Shown here: in pieces, positions 28,201 to 37,357 of the stretch
Numbering within the stretch: the stretch's first letter is position 1
How the letters are laid out: each line of letters starts with the position of its first letter
Origin: a virus
Strand: one strand, 5' to 3'
DNA length: 50,103 bases
UHGV virus genome: UHGV-0211888
The notes under the pieces: generated by a model
What the model was told of the DNA's origin: nothing
What the model saw: the letters and a program-made list of their open reading frames with translations, nothing else
The model's database searches: none
Program-made: the position numbers and the translations under genes

Positions 28201-31200
28201 GCATTGAAAGCATTAAGTGTCTTTGCAAGACCACTATAATTTTTAAATCTAGTCTTTTGGAAATGCTCCATTGCAACAACTACTGCCATATATGCGGCAA
28301 GGATAGTTGCGATAACACCAACTGCGTTCCAAATTTTTCCGTAATCGTTAATCGTGGTGATGATTAAAAGCGATACGGACAAAGCAAATAACATCTTGGA
28401 AAGTGCATTCAGCACTTTGACCATAGTTTGCGTTTGTTTAGTAAGTGTAAGTCCGTTCTTGTTTGCCTTAATAAACGTCTTATCTGCACCAAGATTGGCA
28501 AATCTGCCTATTACAACTGTAAGTGAAGTGATTACACCAAATACAACTGTAATTATCGCCACTGCATTCCAAAGTAAACCAATATCGATCTTGGACATAA
28601 CCTTCATAGCTAAAGCCACAAACACAAGTGTTCCAGCCATAACTTTGAGAGATTTTCCTAATCTTTGTTCGCTCTTTGCAGCTGCCAGTAAGTTTTTATT
28701 TCCTTTAGTTGCTTTATTGCCTATGACCTCAAGAACTGAAAGCATGATCGTAATAGCTGTCATGAATACAAGAAGTACCGCAGTTGCGTTCCATAACTTA
28801 CCAGTATCAAGCTTAGTCATGATAGCAGCAGCAATAGCTAAACGAAGCATAGCTTTAGATATACTGTTAATGAATTCTGCCATTGAGGAGAAAATACTTC
28901 TAGCTCCATTACTCTTCAAGAATTTCTTATTCTTTTTATCAAATAATGTGACACTAGTCTTTAATGGTGTCATCGCCTTGGTAAGAACAACGAGAGTTAT
29001 TGCTAATGCGCTAATTATCAATATAAAAGAGCCAATTACAGCAGATGCCTTGATAATTCCATCTATAGGAAGACTTGCTATAATTGCAAAAGAAACCGCA
29101 AATGATAGCAACATAGTTCCTATACTCTCGATCATTTCTGCGATTGCTTTAAATTTAAATGATGCCAAGAATTCTTCTACACCATCACTCATTACAGTAA
29201 TAGCATAACTAATTTTTCTTGTAAACGCCGTACAAGTATAAACAATATTATATATCAAGGAAAGTGCAGCTATTAAAGCCACGATTCCACCTACAATTGC
29301 TAAAGTTTTGGCTACAACACTGGAAATAGGAGCTCCATCGATCAATGATAAAATATAATTAAACCCATCGGCAATCTTGACAAATAATGTTGCAAGTAGA
29401 TCGAGAGCTTTAGATGCAAGATTGATAAGAGGAGTTAATACTTTAACTAAACTTCCAAATACATTTATTAGGCTGTTTATGAAACCTCCAAGAGCAGCTA
29501 GTAATCCGTTACCTACTTTGCTTGAATCTCCGCTAGCCATTTGGTCACGGAAATTTTCAACCGTTTTGGCAATTGTATCAAATAAACTGGATATATTTTC
29601 AATGATCCCTTTACCAGTTAATCTCTTAGAAATATTATCTAATGCCTTTGGAATAAGAACAATAATATCTATTAAAGCAGCGATCACTCTTCCAAGCGAA
29701 GCAATAATTGGAGTAAGTTTCTGTAACTTATCTGGCAAAGTTTTTACAAAGTCTAATATCTTTCCACCAAAAGTTGCTATACTTGTTTCACCAGTCTTGA
29801 TCACATCATCAAGTGAAGAGAAAAAGTCTCCAACTATTGCAAGAAGACTTACCAATAATCCGGATACAAATCCTACAATTGTAGATAAAATATCAAGAAC
29901 ATTGGAAATAACTGGAAGAATATACTTACCAAGAATTCCGGCAACACTTACAAGAGTCTTTCCAATTATACTAAGAACAGAGGAAAGACCTTTAATAATT
30001 TTTTGAGCATTCTCTACTGTCCCGCCACCAGTTTTCAAACCCTCAAAGAAACTAGAAAATACATTTTCAACAGTTCCAACTAAATCTAACTGTATAAATG
30101 CATCTTTTAAATTTCCTAAAAAACTTAAAAAAGACTCTAAAATGCCAGTAGGATTTATAATCTCAACTAAAGAAGATAAAGTATCATGAACTGCAGTAGT
30201 CACTTTATTTATAGCACCTGTAATTTTTTCAACTTTATTAAGATTTGCGGTGAATGCTGCAACCTTATTAAACAGATTCTTAGCTAAATCTTTAGCTGCA
30301 TCAATAATAGGATCAATAGCATATCTAATAGCCTGAAGTGTATAAACTCCTAGCTTGATAACCGAGAATATTCCAGTAAGAACCATTCTAAGTTGAGTAT
30401 TATTAGCAATCGTATCTTTGACTCTCTTGGTAAATGCTTGAAGATTAGTAGTTAATTGCTTAAAACTAGCTGCGGCTGCTTTTGCCTTATCATCTGCACT
30501 TGTGAATTGATTATTAGAAAAAATACTGTTCCAAGTTTCAGTAATAAGATCTTTGACAGCAATTATTGCATCATAGATATTCCAGAAAGCTCCCTGATTT
30601 GCGCTTCCATGCTTTCCAAAGAGATTAGCTCTGCCACCAAGATCTTTCCATAATCCAAGAACTTGATTACGGAAATTTCCGCCTTCAGCAAATACATCAT
30701 ATAATTGATCAGCTAATTCACTCCATAATACTTTAGATTCGTCATAACTACCGAATATCTTCTCGGCAGTGTTCATCCAACCAGTAGAAACTGCATCCTT
30801 AACAGAATTCATTGCATCTGCTAAAGTCTTGGCTTCCTGAGCTGATCTAAATGCTTTTAATCCGAATACATCAAGTTGGTCACCGTACTTTTGCATAACT
30901 TCAGAAGCGGTGATACCTTCTCTCTGTGCAATTTCGTAAACTTGCTCAACAGCAGATGAATATTTATCAAGTGACTTGATTAAGACGTCACTTGTAAACC
31001 ATTTTGAAGAAAGTTGTTCTGTGAACTGGTTAATATTAAATTTAGTACCAGCTTTAGTAATATAATTTTGGCCCTCTTTGGTTAATTGACCAAGACTGAC
31101 AGCAGTATCCAAAACAGTCTGTCTGAATTCCTGCGTATCCATATTAGCATTCTGTATGGAACCCCAATCGATCAATTGAATATTACCTTTACCTAAAGCT

Positions 31201-31802
31201 TGAGCTAATTGATACATTGCTCTTGAGGCAGTAGCAGCATTTTGTCCACTTAAAGATGCCCAAGTTGCAATACCTTCCATAGCTTTGACAGATTCGTCAA
31301 GATCCCTGCCCGCAGCAGTAAACTTTCCGATATTGTCAACCATATCTGTAAAGTTATATGAAGTTTCATCAGTAAACCAGTTTAATTTTTGAAGTTGTTC
31401 GTTGACAACATCCATTTTCTGAGTATAATCATCAACCGATTTTCCAGCGATTTTAATATTCTGAGCTGCTAAAGTAGCAACTGAAGTAGTTTTTTGACCA
31501 AATTTAACCCAACCGGTTGTAATATTATCAACCGATAGTGACTTTACTAATTGAACTCCAAGATCAATAATCCTGTTAGTAATTCTATTAATAACCGTAA
31601 GTATGGCTACTTCCATCGCTGAGAAGCTGGCCTCAACACGAGCAGTCCCATCTGATACATTATCGAAACGGAGCTGGTCGTTGAATTTATCAAGAGTAGA
31701 GATACTCTGATTTACATTTTCCTCAAATTTCTTGTTATCGAAACTGAGCTTTACTACTCGTTCATCAACATTACTGCTCATATTTCCTGTAGCTCCTTCC
31801 AT
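25278..31802 (-). CDS. Tape measure protein, 2174 aa, with eight or more tandem ~63-aa transmembrane repeats.
   Basis: Size and position fit a TMP. It has N-terminal coiled-coil regions and repeated units such as ...GKIWNAVGVIATILAAY... At DNA level, 27331-27356 is 26 nt identical to 27520-27545 (189-bp period). Confidence 0.85.
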   Translation of the reverse strand: MEGATGNMSSNVDERVVKLSFDNKKFEENVNQSISTLDKFNDQLRFDNVSDGTARVEASFSAMEVAILTVINRITNRIIDLGVQLVKSLSVDNITTGWVKFGQKTTSVATLAAQNIKIAGKSVDDYTQKMDVVNEQLQKLNWFTDETSYNFTDMVDNIGKFTAAGRDLDESVKAMEGIATWASLSGQNAATASRAMYQLAQALGKGNIQLIDWGSIQNANMDTQEFRQTVLDTAVSLGQLTKEGQNYITKAGTKFNINQFTEQLSSKWFTSDVLIKSLDKYSSAVEQVYEIAQREGITASEVMQKYGDQLDVFGLKAFRSAQEAKTLADAMNSVKDAVSTGWMNTAEKIFGSYDESKVLWSELADQLYDVFAEGGNFRNQVLGLWKDLGGRANLFGKHGSANQGAFWNIYDAIIAVKDLITETWNSIFSNNQFTSADDKAKAAAASFKQLTTNLQAFTKRVKDTIANNTQLRMVLTGIFSVIKLGVYTLQAIRYAIDPIIDAAKDLAKNLFNKVAAFTANLNKVEKITGAINKVTTAVHDTLSSLVEIINPTGILESFLSFLGNLKDAFIQLDLVGTVENVFSSFFEGLKTGGGTVENAQKIIKGLSSVLSIIGKTLVSVAGILGKYILPVISNVLDILSTIVGFVSGLLVSLLAIVGDFFSSLDDVIKTGETSIATFGGKILDFVKTLPDKLQKLTPIIASLGRVIAALIDIIVLIPKALDNISKRLTGKGIIENISSLFDTIAKTVENFRDQMASGDSSKVGNGLLAALGGFINSLINVFGSLVKVLTPLINLASKALDLLATLFVKIADGFNYILSLIDGAPISSVVAKTLAIVGGIVALIAALSLIYNIVYTCTAFTRKISYAITVMSDGVEEFLASFKFKAIAEMIESIGTMLLSFAVSFAIIASLPIDGIIKASAVIGSFILIISALAITLVVLTKAMTPLKTSVTLFDKKNKKFLKSNGARSIFSSMAEFINSISKAMLRLAIAAAIMTKLDTGKLWNATAVLLVFMTAITIMLSVLEVIGNKATKGNKNLLAAAKSEQRLGKSLKVMAGTLVFVALAMKVMSKIDIGLLWNAVAIITVVFGVITSLTVVIGRFANLGADKTFIKANKNGLTLTKQTQTMVKVLNALSKMLFALSVSLLIITTINDYGKIWNAVGVIATILAAYMAVVVAMEHFQKTRFKNYSGLAKTLNAFNASLLSIAVSVGILSLISIGNIWKAMTPILGLLAAYTVCVIAMEKFNNSASHAPFDTIAKTLNAMSLSMLSITVAVGFLSLIKDPANITQGVISIIAVLGAMTLMVGYLNNIATNSNDNSKEIVKMMKGISATLLSISLIMLIMSKMQITQMIAITGSVVALFLALSVLLTAMNKISGSKEKTKAIIAMLTLLALNLVAFGGSMMMLAKTPWQSILSGCGGLSAVLLAFSGSVMLISKSKNLKGNAFKMVALLSVLAVNLVAFGASMMLMANVPWQTILTACLGLSAVLLALSAATLLMSSGSFKDVATLAAGMTLMGLSLVALSFGLMSLQTVAWSTIAKGAVVLAGSLAILGTVSKLLSGVGPVMLSISAAVMILGGGMLMAAVALQMFSTGLGSFAEAMVSNVEVISEALNTIGPVLIEAMINGFRSLLENITSILPTISTFVIELVNNILDVLNNTVPQIISTLANIFVSLLQTIADNTQPILESIWTIISSVMTFLVSKTTEIIKFLVDFIIMAIEGLTASMPKFIKTLTKFVIAFINAFFDNIGKVVMVLLNRLIEFLQFIIPKLVELLLDFVKTLGNAIIALVSGALIVAINLLGTLGSLALDFLAGVILLLVHISIGLGNVLFEALRTMMYNVFKVLNRVLQAIAEDIPTLLGAGVKALIGGILTLIGNLLNQFVGGLFGLGDLLKGWGADLSRQADDALDKDILSGKNVLNALDEARSNISNTMGNITGRISEDARNGVSNINKAITDSIDLVKNEQESNMKDAGYNVGEGFNEGVKDSYSDAYSAGSGLGDSASSGVRDSLDIHSPSRVMASIGRFLVQGFANGITDNASVAENSITSMMNLAISGIQDAINGDQNTDIVIRPVMDLSNVRAGTQDISSIMSNINGSSARVSVSGSLASGIQSSINRKSLRDSGIQNGQTINNAGDTYNPVFNITSNNPNEVANEVNIRLQKMRAQAALAKGGAR

Positions 31803-32152
31803 GTATCATTTAATATCTTATCGTATGCTTGTAAAACAGGTTCAGAAATATAATCTTTTCCTTCGACCCATCGTCCTTCCTTACTAGAATAACCTTGATC
31901 AACTACTACGGCAATATTAGTACCATTTTCGACAAGCGAATTAAGAAAATATAATTCTATACCTTTACTGCTCTGTACAATCTCGTAACTCCATCCAATA
32001 GCGATACTATCATACGGAGATACATCTCTTAACTTCTTGACTGTCTTATCAGCTACCTTTTGAATGTCATCTAACTTTGCTGTTTTCTTTGCTTCCAGAA
32101 AATATCTTTTTGTTTGTTTATAATTTCCGGTTGTTTTAACTTTTAACGGCAT
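31778..32152 (-). CDS. Hypothetical tail/neck-module protein (124 aa).
   Basis: ORF immediately upstream of the TMP. Confidence 0.35.
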   Translation of the reverse strand: MPLKVKTTGNYKQTKRYFLEAKKTAKLDDIQKVADKTVKKLRDVSPYDSIAIGWSYEIVQSSKGIELYFLNSLVENGTNIAVVVDQGYSSKEGRWVEGKDYISEPVLQAYDKILNDTWKELQEI

Positions 32153-32706
32153 TATCCTTTGCTCCCATATTTTTCTCTGCGAGCTTTATTAAGTGCAGCA
32201 TTGTTAGAAAGAATGGCTTTTCTAGGCATTTTATTATCTTTTCCAGTATCATTTTTAATACTGCAAATTCTTATCAGAGTTAACAACCTATTTAAATGCC
32301 AACGTTGACATTCAAAGGGAATCTGATAAGCGATCATCCAATAATATATGAGTTCACTAGTAATGATCTCTTTTCTTTTAACATAACCTTCAGGTCGTCT
32401 ACTTGAAAAGGTTGTGGAACTACTAGAATCACCTATATAATCATTGATAATCTTTACTTCTGGCACAGACAGATTAGCAAAGACTTCATCCGGAACATTT
32501 TGAGTGATTGTCATACATCGTATGTAATCTCTTAGTTCTGAGTCAGTCTTTTGATCATCGCTAATGAATGGTTTGTGCCACTTAGATTCCCATTTGGAAA
32601 TGGAAACTAAGGAATGCTCTAGACATAATTCACAGCCATGAATAATAATGAACTCTTGAGTTCTGTCATTAAATACCTCTTTTGGAGATATATTTATTTT
32701 AAGCAT
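32152..32706 (-). CDS. Hypothetical protein (184 aa), possible tail assembly chaperone by position.
   Basis: Position only. Confidence 0.3.
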   Translation of the reverse strand: MLKINISPKEVFNDRTQEFIIIHGCELCLEHSLVSISKWESKWHKPFISDDQKTDSELRDYIRCMTITQNVPDEVFANLSVPEVKIINDYIGDSSSSTTFSSRRPEGYVKRKEIITSELIYYWMIAYQIPFECQRWHLNRLLTLIRICSIKNDTGKDNKMPRKAILSNNAALNKARREKYGSKG

Positions 32707-32732
32707 AACCTTAATTTCCTTTCATTTAATCT

Positions 32733-33134
32733 CTACTTCTTATCAGCAATAGCAGGCTTGTTCATTTGTTCCTTGAGTTGAGGTGGAATAATTCCGTTAA
32801 CAAATTCAGAAGCCTTATCTGCATCAGTAGCGAGTTCCATGTAGATTTCAGAGAATGCAGGACTCTCTTCAAATTCTTCACGAAGCTTAGCATTTTTGAC
32901 AAAGAAACGTCCATCGTCAGACTTCTTACCATAAGATTTTAGCAAGAGATCCTTAAAAATCCTAATGATGGCAGGAACATCTTTAGCCTTGACAATTTCT
33001 TGAATCTTGGCTGCAAGACCACCATCTTGGTTGAGTTGCATTTCCATGATTTCAGCTTTTGTCAAGTTAAAATAAAAATCTTCTTCTCTTTCATCACCGT
33101 TGTAATCGGTGTACTTGATCGTCTTTTTAATCAT
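32733..33134 (-). CDS. Possible tail assembly chaperone (133 aa).
   Basis: Small, acidic, and placed between the tube/Ig gene and the TMP. Confidence 0.3.
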   Translation of the reverse strand: MIKKTIKYTDYNGDEREEDFYFNLTKAEIMEMQLNQDGGLAAKIQEIVKAKDVPAIIRIFKDLLLKSYGKKSDDGRFFVKNAKLREEFEESPAFSEIYMELATDADKASEFVNGIIPPQLKEQMNKPAIADKK

Positions 33135-33214
33135 AATTACTTTCTCCTTTTTTAAAATAAAATGAGGTGCCCTGATTAAGACACCTCAAGTTTAAACCAT
33201 TTTGAATTTTATAT

Positions 33215-35317
33215 TTATGGCATTACTTGTGCATCTGTTACATTAAATGTAACTTTAACAACAATATGCGAATCAGATGCTGATACTGCTGATATAATAA
33301 CAGTTCCGGCTTTTTTAAAACTTACGAGACATGAGGACGAAACATCTGCAGAAGATGAAAGATCCGCAATGGTAGGATCACTTGACGACCATCGTACGTC
33401 TTTATTAGTGGCATTATCCGGTTTAACCGTAGCTGTTAATTGAAGAGTATCTCCAGTATTGGCATTTACTGTTCCGGTTTTGTTTAAAGTAATACTTGTT
33501 GTAGGAACAATAACCAAAACACCTACGCTTTTACTTTCCTTGCATATAGTATCGTCATGAGGCCTGACAGAGACATTAGCATATCCGCCAGATTTAGCGG
33601 TGGCAAGTCCAGTATCACTAATAGTTATAATACTTTCCTGATCAGAAGACCAAACTAGTTCTTTATCGGTTGCATCATCTGGTTCTAGACTGGCTGTGAA
33701 TTGAAAAGTATCACCGAGAGTCATGCTACTATTATCTGGAGTATTACCTAATTTTATACCAGTTGGATGAACAACCGGCTCAGTAACTGTAACTTCACAA
33801 GTAGCAAATGTTAGACTATGAGCATAAGCATAACCTACAATGTTAACTTTTCCAGCAGATACGGCAGTGACGACTCCAGAACTATAACCAACTGTTGCGA
33901 CTGCAGGATTTTCTGTATGCCAGAAAACCTCCTGATACGCATCATCAGGTTTAACTGTAGCTGTTAATTTTTCAGTTGAACCTTTGGCAATTGATGTACT
34001 CGTCTTATTTATTGTGACAGTTGATGGCTTGGACAAAACATGAGCATGGGAAGTTGCTTTGGCATCAGGGTTATCGACAGAAGTTGCCGTAATTACAACA
34101 TCTCCAGCAGATTTGGGAGTTGACCATCCTAGTCGATCAATAATAGCCTTGCTCTCATCGGAAGATGACCATTTTATTTCTTTATTTGTTGCATTATCTG
34201 GCTCTACACGTGCCATAAATACTAGGTGACTAGTATCATTATAATCATATAATGTAATATTATCAGATGTAATCATCTTAACAGCAGTAACACGAACTGT
34301 ATAGTCAACTTTCTTTTCAAAAGTCACAGCAGAATAAGGAATAGTCAAGGCACCAGAGCAACGTGTCTCAATAAGATAAGATTGCTTGTTATAATCAATA
34401 TCAAAGTCGTCGAATAAAGACACCTGACCACCTTTATCAGCGCCAATAGTATAATCTGCAAGATTAACCATGATACCTAAGAGTTCATAAGAAAAGACAC
34501 CATCTTCATGCCCGATATTGTCAAACACAGGTACAGCGACAATCTTGCTTACTCTTAAAGCAGTAGCTAAAGCCTCTTGAGATTGATAAAGAGATATTCC
34601 GTACTCATCTTCAAGAAGCAGCATATTAGTCAACATATCTTCAGTAGTATAAAGAACTGGATTACCAGATCCTTTATAGTCCTTTCTAGACTTAACAACC
34701 TCTTTGATGAAATTCTTTGTAAAATCATCATCAGACTGGCTATCAGTCTTTTCAAGAACTTTATGAACAGCATAGACAGGATCATCGGTAAGAATAGGAC
34801 GAACATTATTTTCATTAATATGGTCATTGTCAGTTAGACTTCTACCATCTCCAATAAAAATAGCTCGAGCAATTTCTTCGTTCAACATTGTTCGCATTTC
34901 ATTCTTAATCCATGCGATCACGTCAAAGTCAGTGATATCGATAATATCATCTCTGTCCATCTTTTGCAATTTGTAAATTGTAGTTGGATCTGTAGAACGC
35001 TTTAATGCTGAAAAGACTTCCTCGACTTTTTGTTTACCTTTAACATAACCTTTGGCACGAGCTTCGTCTTCAGTAATGTTAGCATATCTTGTCTTGACTC
35101 TTGAAAATGGAACATGACGTACTCTTGAAAGAGCATCAGTTACCCATGAAGTATCTCTGCCTACAAGATTTGGTTCTTTATTAACATACTGAACCTCAGG
35201 AAAAAGATTTTCAACATCAGTAATACCATGTTCAAGAAATGCGTCTTTTAAGGAACCGCTTCTTTTGGCTTCGCTTACAATCTCGTTAAATTCACTGTGT
35301 GCAATAGCTTTTTCCAT
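33215..35317 (-). CDS. Capsid-domain paralog (~330 aa, about 65% identical to the C-terminal domain of 37358..39097) fused to four C-terminal Big_2-type Ig-like repeats, 700 aa.
   Basis: Shared blocks include FLEHGIT.VENLFPEVQ, YANIT.D.ARAKGY.KGKQKVEEV, MDRDD.IDITDFDV and ARAI.IGDGRS. The repeats are ...KPDDA/KPDNATNK..W.S.... as in Big_2 domains. Confidence 0.5.
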   Translation of the reverse strand: MEKAIAHSEFNEIVSEAKRSGSLKDAFLEHGITDVENLFPEVQYVNKEPNLVGRDTSWVTDALSRVRHVPFSRVKTRYANITEDEARAKGYVKGKQKVEEVFSALKRSTDPTTIYKLQKMDRDDIIDITDFDVIAWIKNEMRTMLNEEIARAIFIGDGRSLTDNDHINENNVRPILTDDPVYAVHKVLEKTDSQSDDDFTKNFIKEVVKSRKDYKGSGNPVLYTTEDMLTNMLLLEDEYGISLYQSQEALATALRVSKIVAVPVFDNIGHEDGVFSYELLGIMVNLADYTIGADKGGQVSLFDDFDIDYNKQSYLIETRCSGALTIPYSAVTFEKKVDYTVRVTAVKMITSDNITLYDYNDTSHLVFMARVEPDNATNKEIKWSSSDESKAIIDRLGWSTPKSAGDVVITATSVDNPDAKATSHAHVLSKPSTVTINKTSTSIAKGSTEKLTATVKPDDAYQEVFWHTENPAVATVGYSSGVVTAVSAGKVNIVGYAYAHSLTFATCEVTVTEPVVHPTGIKLGNTPDNSSMTLGDTFQFTASLEPDDATDKELVWSSDQESIITISDTGLATAKSGGYANVSVRPHDDTICKESKSVGVLVIVPTTSITLNKTGTVNANTGDTLQLTATVKPDNATNKDVRWSSSDPTIADLSSSADVSSSCLVSFKKAGTVIISAVSASDSHIVVKVTFNVTDAQVMP

Positions 35318-35330
35318 TTTGAATTATCTC

Positions 35331-35999
35331 TTAACCAGCAGCATTCATAATTGCAATAATGTCGTTAGGCATTAACAACTTGGAAGGAGCATCGGCGGTA
35401 CCATATAAAGCATCTTCGATTTTTTTTAACTTATCAGGTTTAATCTTTGTTGAATCGATTACAAGATGTGCAGTTGGCTTCATACCTTTAACTTCCACAG
35501 GTGTAGTCGAGACTTCCCATGAAAGTGTAATGGCAGAAGGTGAATCGTTAACAGTCTCATAACTTCTTTCGGAAGGTTGAGCTAAACAATTATAAATGAT
35601 GTGAAGCTTATAACCAGCATTGGCATCAATGTCATTCCCTACTCTAGTTCTATAACTAAATGCAAACTTCTTGCGTTCCTGTTGACTAACACTGACACCA
35701 GGAGCAAGTTCTACAGAGCCATCACATGGTCCAAATTCATCAGGACAGCTATAGGCTTCGATAGTTGCACCAAAGTTCTCAATAGAGAGAATATTAAGGT
35801 ATTTAATGTTATCAGCATAAATAGCTGTTGGCTCGGCCCCGTCAGGAGACTGAGTAACAGTTGTAAGACCATTCCAAGCAACACCAGAGGAATAACTAGT
35901 ACCTCCGGAATTGTCGACACTGGCAACAAACAGAACGCCATGGTCAACGCCTGTTTCATATCCATGCTCGCCAGCTTTATCCCAAATTAATTTAGCCAT
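35331..35999 (-). CDS. Major tail (tube)-like protein, copy 2 (222 aa).
   Basis: Paralog of 36017..36691 (MAKLIWDKAGEHGYETGVDHGVLF... versus MAQLKWDEVGKRGYETGVDHGVLY...). A 44-nt stretch, 35536-35579, is identical to 36219-36262. Confidence 0.45.
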   Translation of the reverse strand: MAKLIWDKAGEHGYETGVDHGVLFVASVDNSGGTSYSSGVAWNGLTTVTQSPDGAEPTAIYADNIKYLNILSIENFGATIEAYSCPDEFGPCDGSVELAPGVSVSQQERKKFAFSYRTRVGNDIDANAGYKLHIIYNCLAQPSERSYETVNDSPSAITLSWEVSTTPVEVKGMKPTAHLVIDSTKIKPDKLKKIEDALYGTADAPSKLLMPNDIIAIMNAAG

Positions 36000-36016
36000 G
36001 CGTTAACCTCCTTAAA

Positions 36017-36691
36017 CTATTTCAATTTCAAAATATTAACAATTTCATCAGGCATTAAGACTGTAGGTTCTTCAGTATCTGTTCCGTAGAGCTTATCCTC
36101 AATGAGTTTAAGCTTAGCAGCAGCACACTTGGTAGAATCGATCACCAAATGGGCGGTAGGTTTCATACCAGTAACATCAACTGGGGTTGTAGAAACTTCC
36201 CAAGAGAAGGTAATAGCCGAAGGTGAATCGTTAACAGTCTCATAACTTCTTTCGGAAGGTTGTGCCAAGCAGTTATAAATAATATGAAGTTTATAACCAG
36301 CTTCAGGATTAAGATCAGTACCGACTTTAGTACGATAGCAGAAGCAGAACTTCTTACGATCTTGTTGATCAATGGAAACACCAGAACCTTCACTACCGAG
36401 TTCCGCCGATCCGTCGCAAGCGGCAAAGGCATCAGGATATGTATAAGCTTCGATCGTAGCACCAAAGTTCTCAATAGAAAGAATATTCAAATACTTGATA
36501 TTATCTGCATAGATAGCAGTAGGTTCGGCACCATCTGGAGATTGGGTGACTGTAGTCAAACCATTCCAGGCAACGCCATGACCCCATGTGGTACCAGCAG
36601 CACCACTATTATTGGCGACATAAAGAACGCCGTGGTCGACACCGGTCTCATAACCGCGTTTTCCGACCTCGTCCCATTTTAATTGTGCCAT
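36017..36691 (-). CDS. Major tail (tube)-like protein, copy 1 (224 aa).
   Basis: Tandem paralog of 35331..35999. Confidence 0.45.
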   Translation of the reverse strand: MAQLKWDEVGKRGYETGVDHGVLYVANNSGAAGTTWGHGVAWNGLTTVTQSPDGAEPTAIYADNIKYLNILSIENFGATIEAYTYPDAFAACDGSAELGSEGSGVSIDQQDRKKFCFCYRTKVGTDLNPEAGYKLHIIYNCLAQPSERSYETVNDSPSAITFSWEVSTTPVDVTGMKPTAHLVIDSTKCAAAKLKLIEDKLYGTDTEEPTVLMPDEIVNILKLK

Positions 36692-36702
36692 ATTAGGCCT
36701 CC

Positions 36703-37014
36703 TTATGTATTAGGTGCATTATAGGAAAATATGTCATGGTTTAACCCATTTGTTGCATAATGTCTAACAAATTTGCACCTTACTTGTTTAGACACATCTT
36801 GTGGAATTTTACTATCTGAATCTTTATAAACTACAGTTATTTTGTAAGTGTAATTTTGAAGATATACATCATTATTAGCGTCGACATTTCCTATATTACT
36901 ACGCTCATAAATGATGCACGGATATTCTAGTTTAAGATTTTCAGGAGGTTGAAAATAAACATTTCTGGATCCTAGAATCTCAACTAGTTTTTCATGCAGT
37001 TCGATTCTATTCAC
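36703..37014 (-). CDS. Head-tail connector/closure-like small protein (103 aa).
   Basis: Position between the capsid gene and the tube genes. Confidence 0.3.
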   Translation of the reverse strand: MNRIELHEKLVEILGSRNVYFQPPENLKLEYPCIIYERSNIGNVDANNDVYLQNYTYKITVVYKDSDSKIPQDVSKQVRCKFVRHYATNGLNHDIFSYNAPNT

Positions 37015-37330
37015 CGTTGTATACTCCTCCTAAAGTTAATATAAGTCGAGGATACTGCACTTCCACTAATGTAACTTTCCATGCAGTACCCATCCACTTA
37101 ATATACTTAATATACTGGAAATTTTTGATGGCATAAGGATCGGCAATAATACTAATCTGATTAGATAAAGTAATATTGCTATTCAAATTTTCAGAACTAT
37201 CAAGTCGACGAGAGTTTCTAATCAACTCGCCAGCAACGCCACGTTCTGTGATTTGATTGACCCATACGCCGGGTTGCGTTTTACTTTCTTCAGTTACTCC
37301 GTAACCAATAGCTCCGTAGATCTTTGCCAT
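37007..37330 (-). CDS. Head-tail adaptor-like small protein (107 aa).
   Basis: Position only. Confidence 0.3.
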   Translation of the reverse strand: MAKIYGAIGYGVTEESKTQPGVWVNQITERGVAGELIRNSRRLDSSENLNSNITLSNQISIIADPYAIKNFQYIKYIKWMGTAWKVTLVEVQYPRLILTLGGVYNGE

Positions 37331-37357
37331 TTTGAATTTTTTGATTAATCGCCAGAC

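Noticed and set aside
32152-33134. Programmed -1 frameshift (G/GT-like) between the two putative tail assembly chaperone genes.
   Set aside because: The two ORFs do not overlap (there is a 26-nt gap), and I found no obvious slippery heptamer. Not supported.
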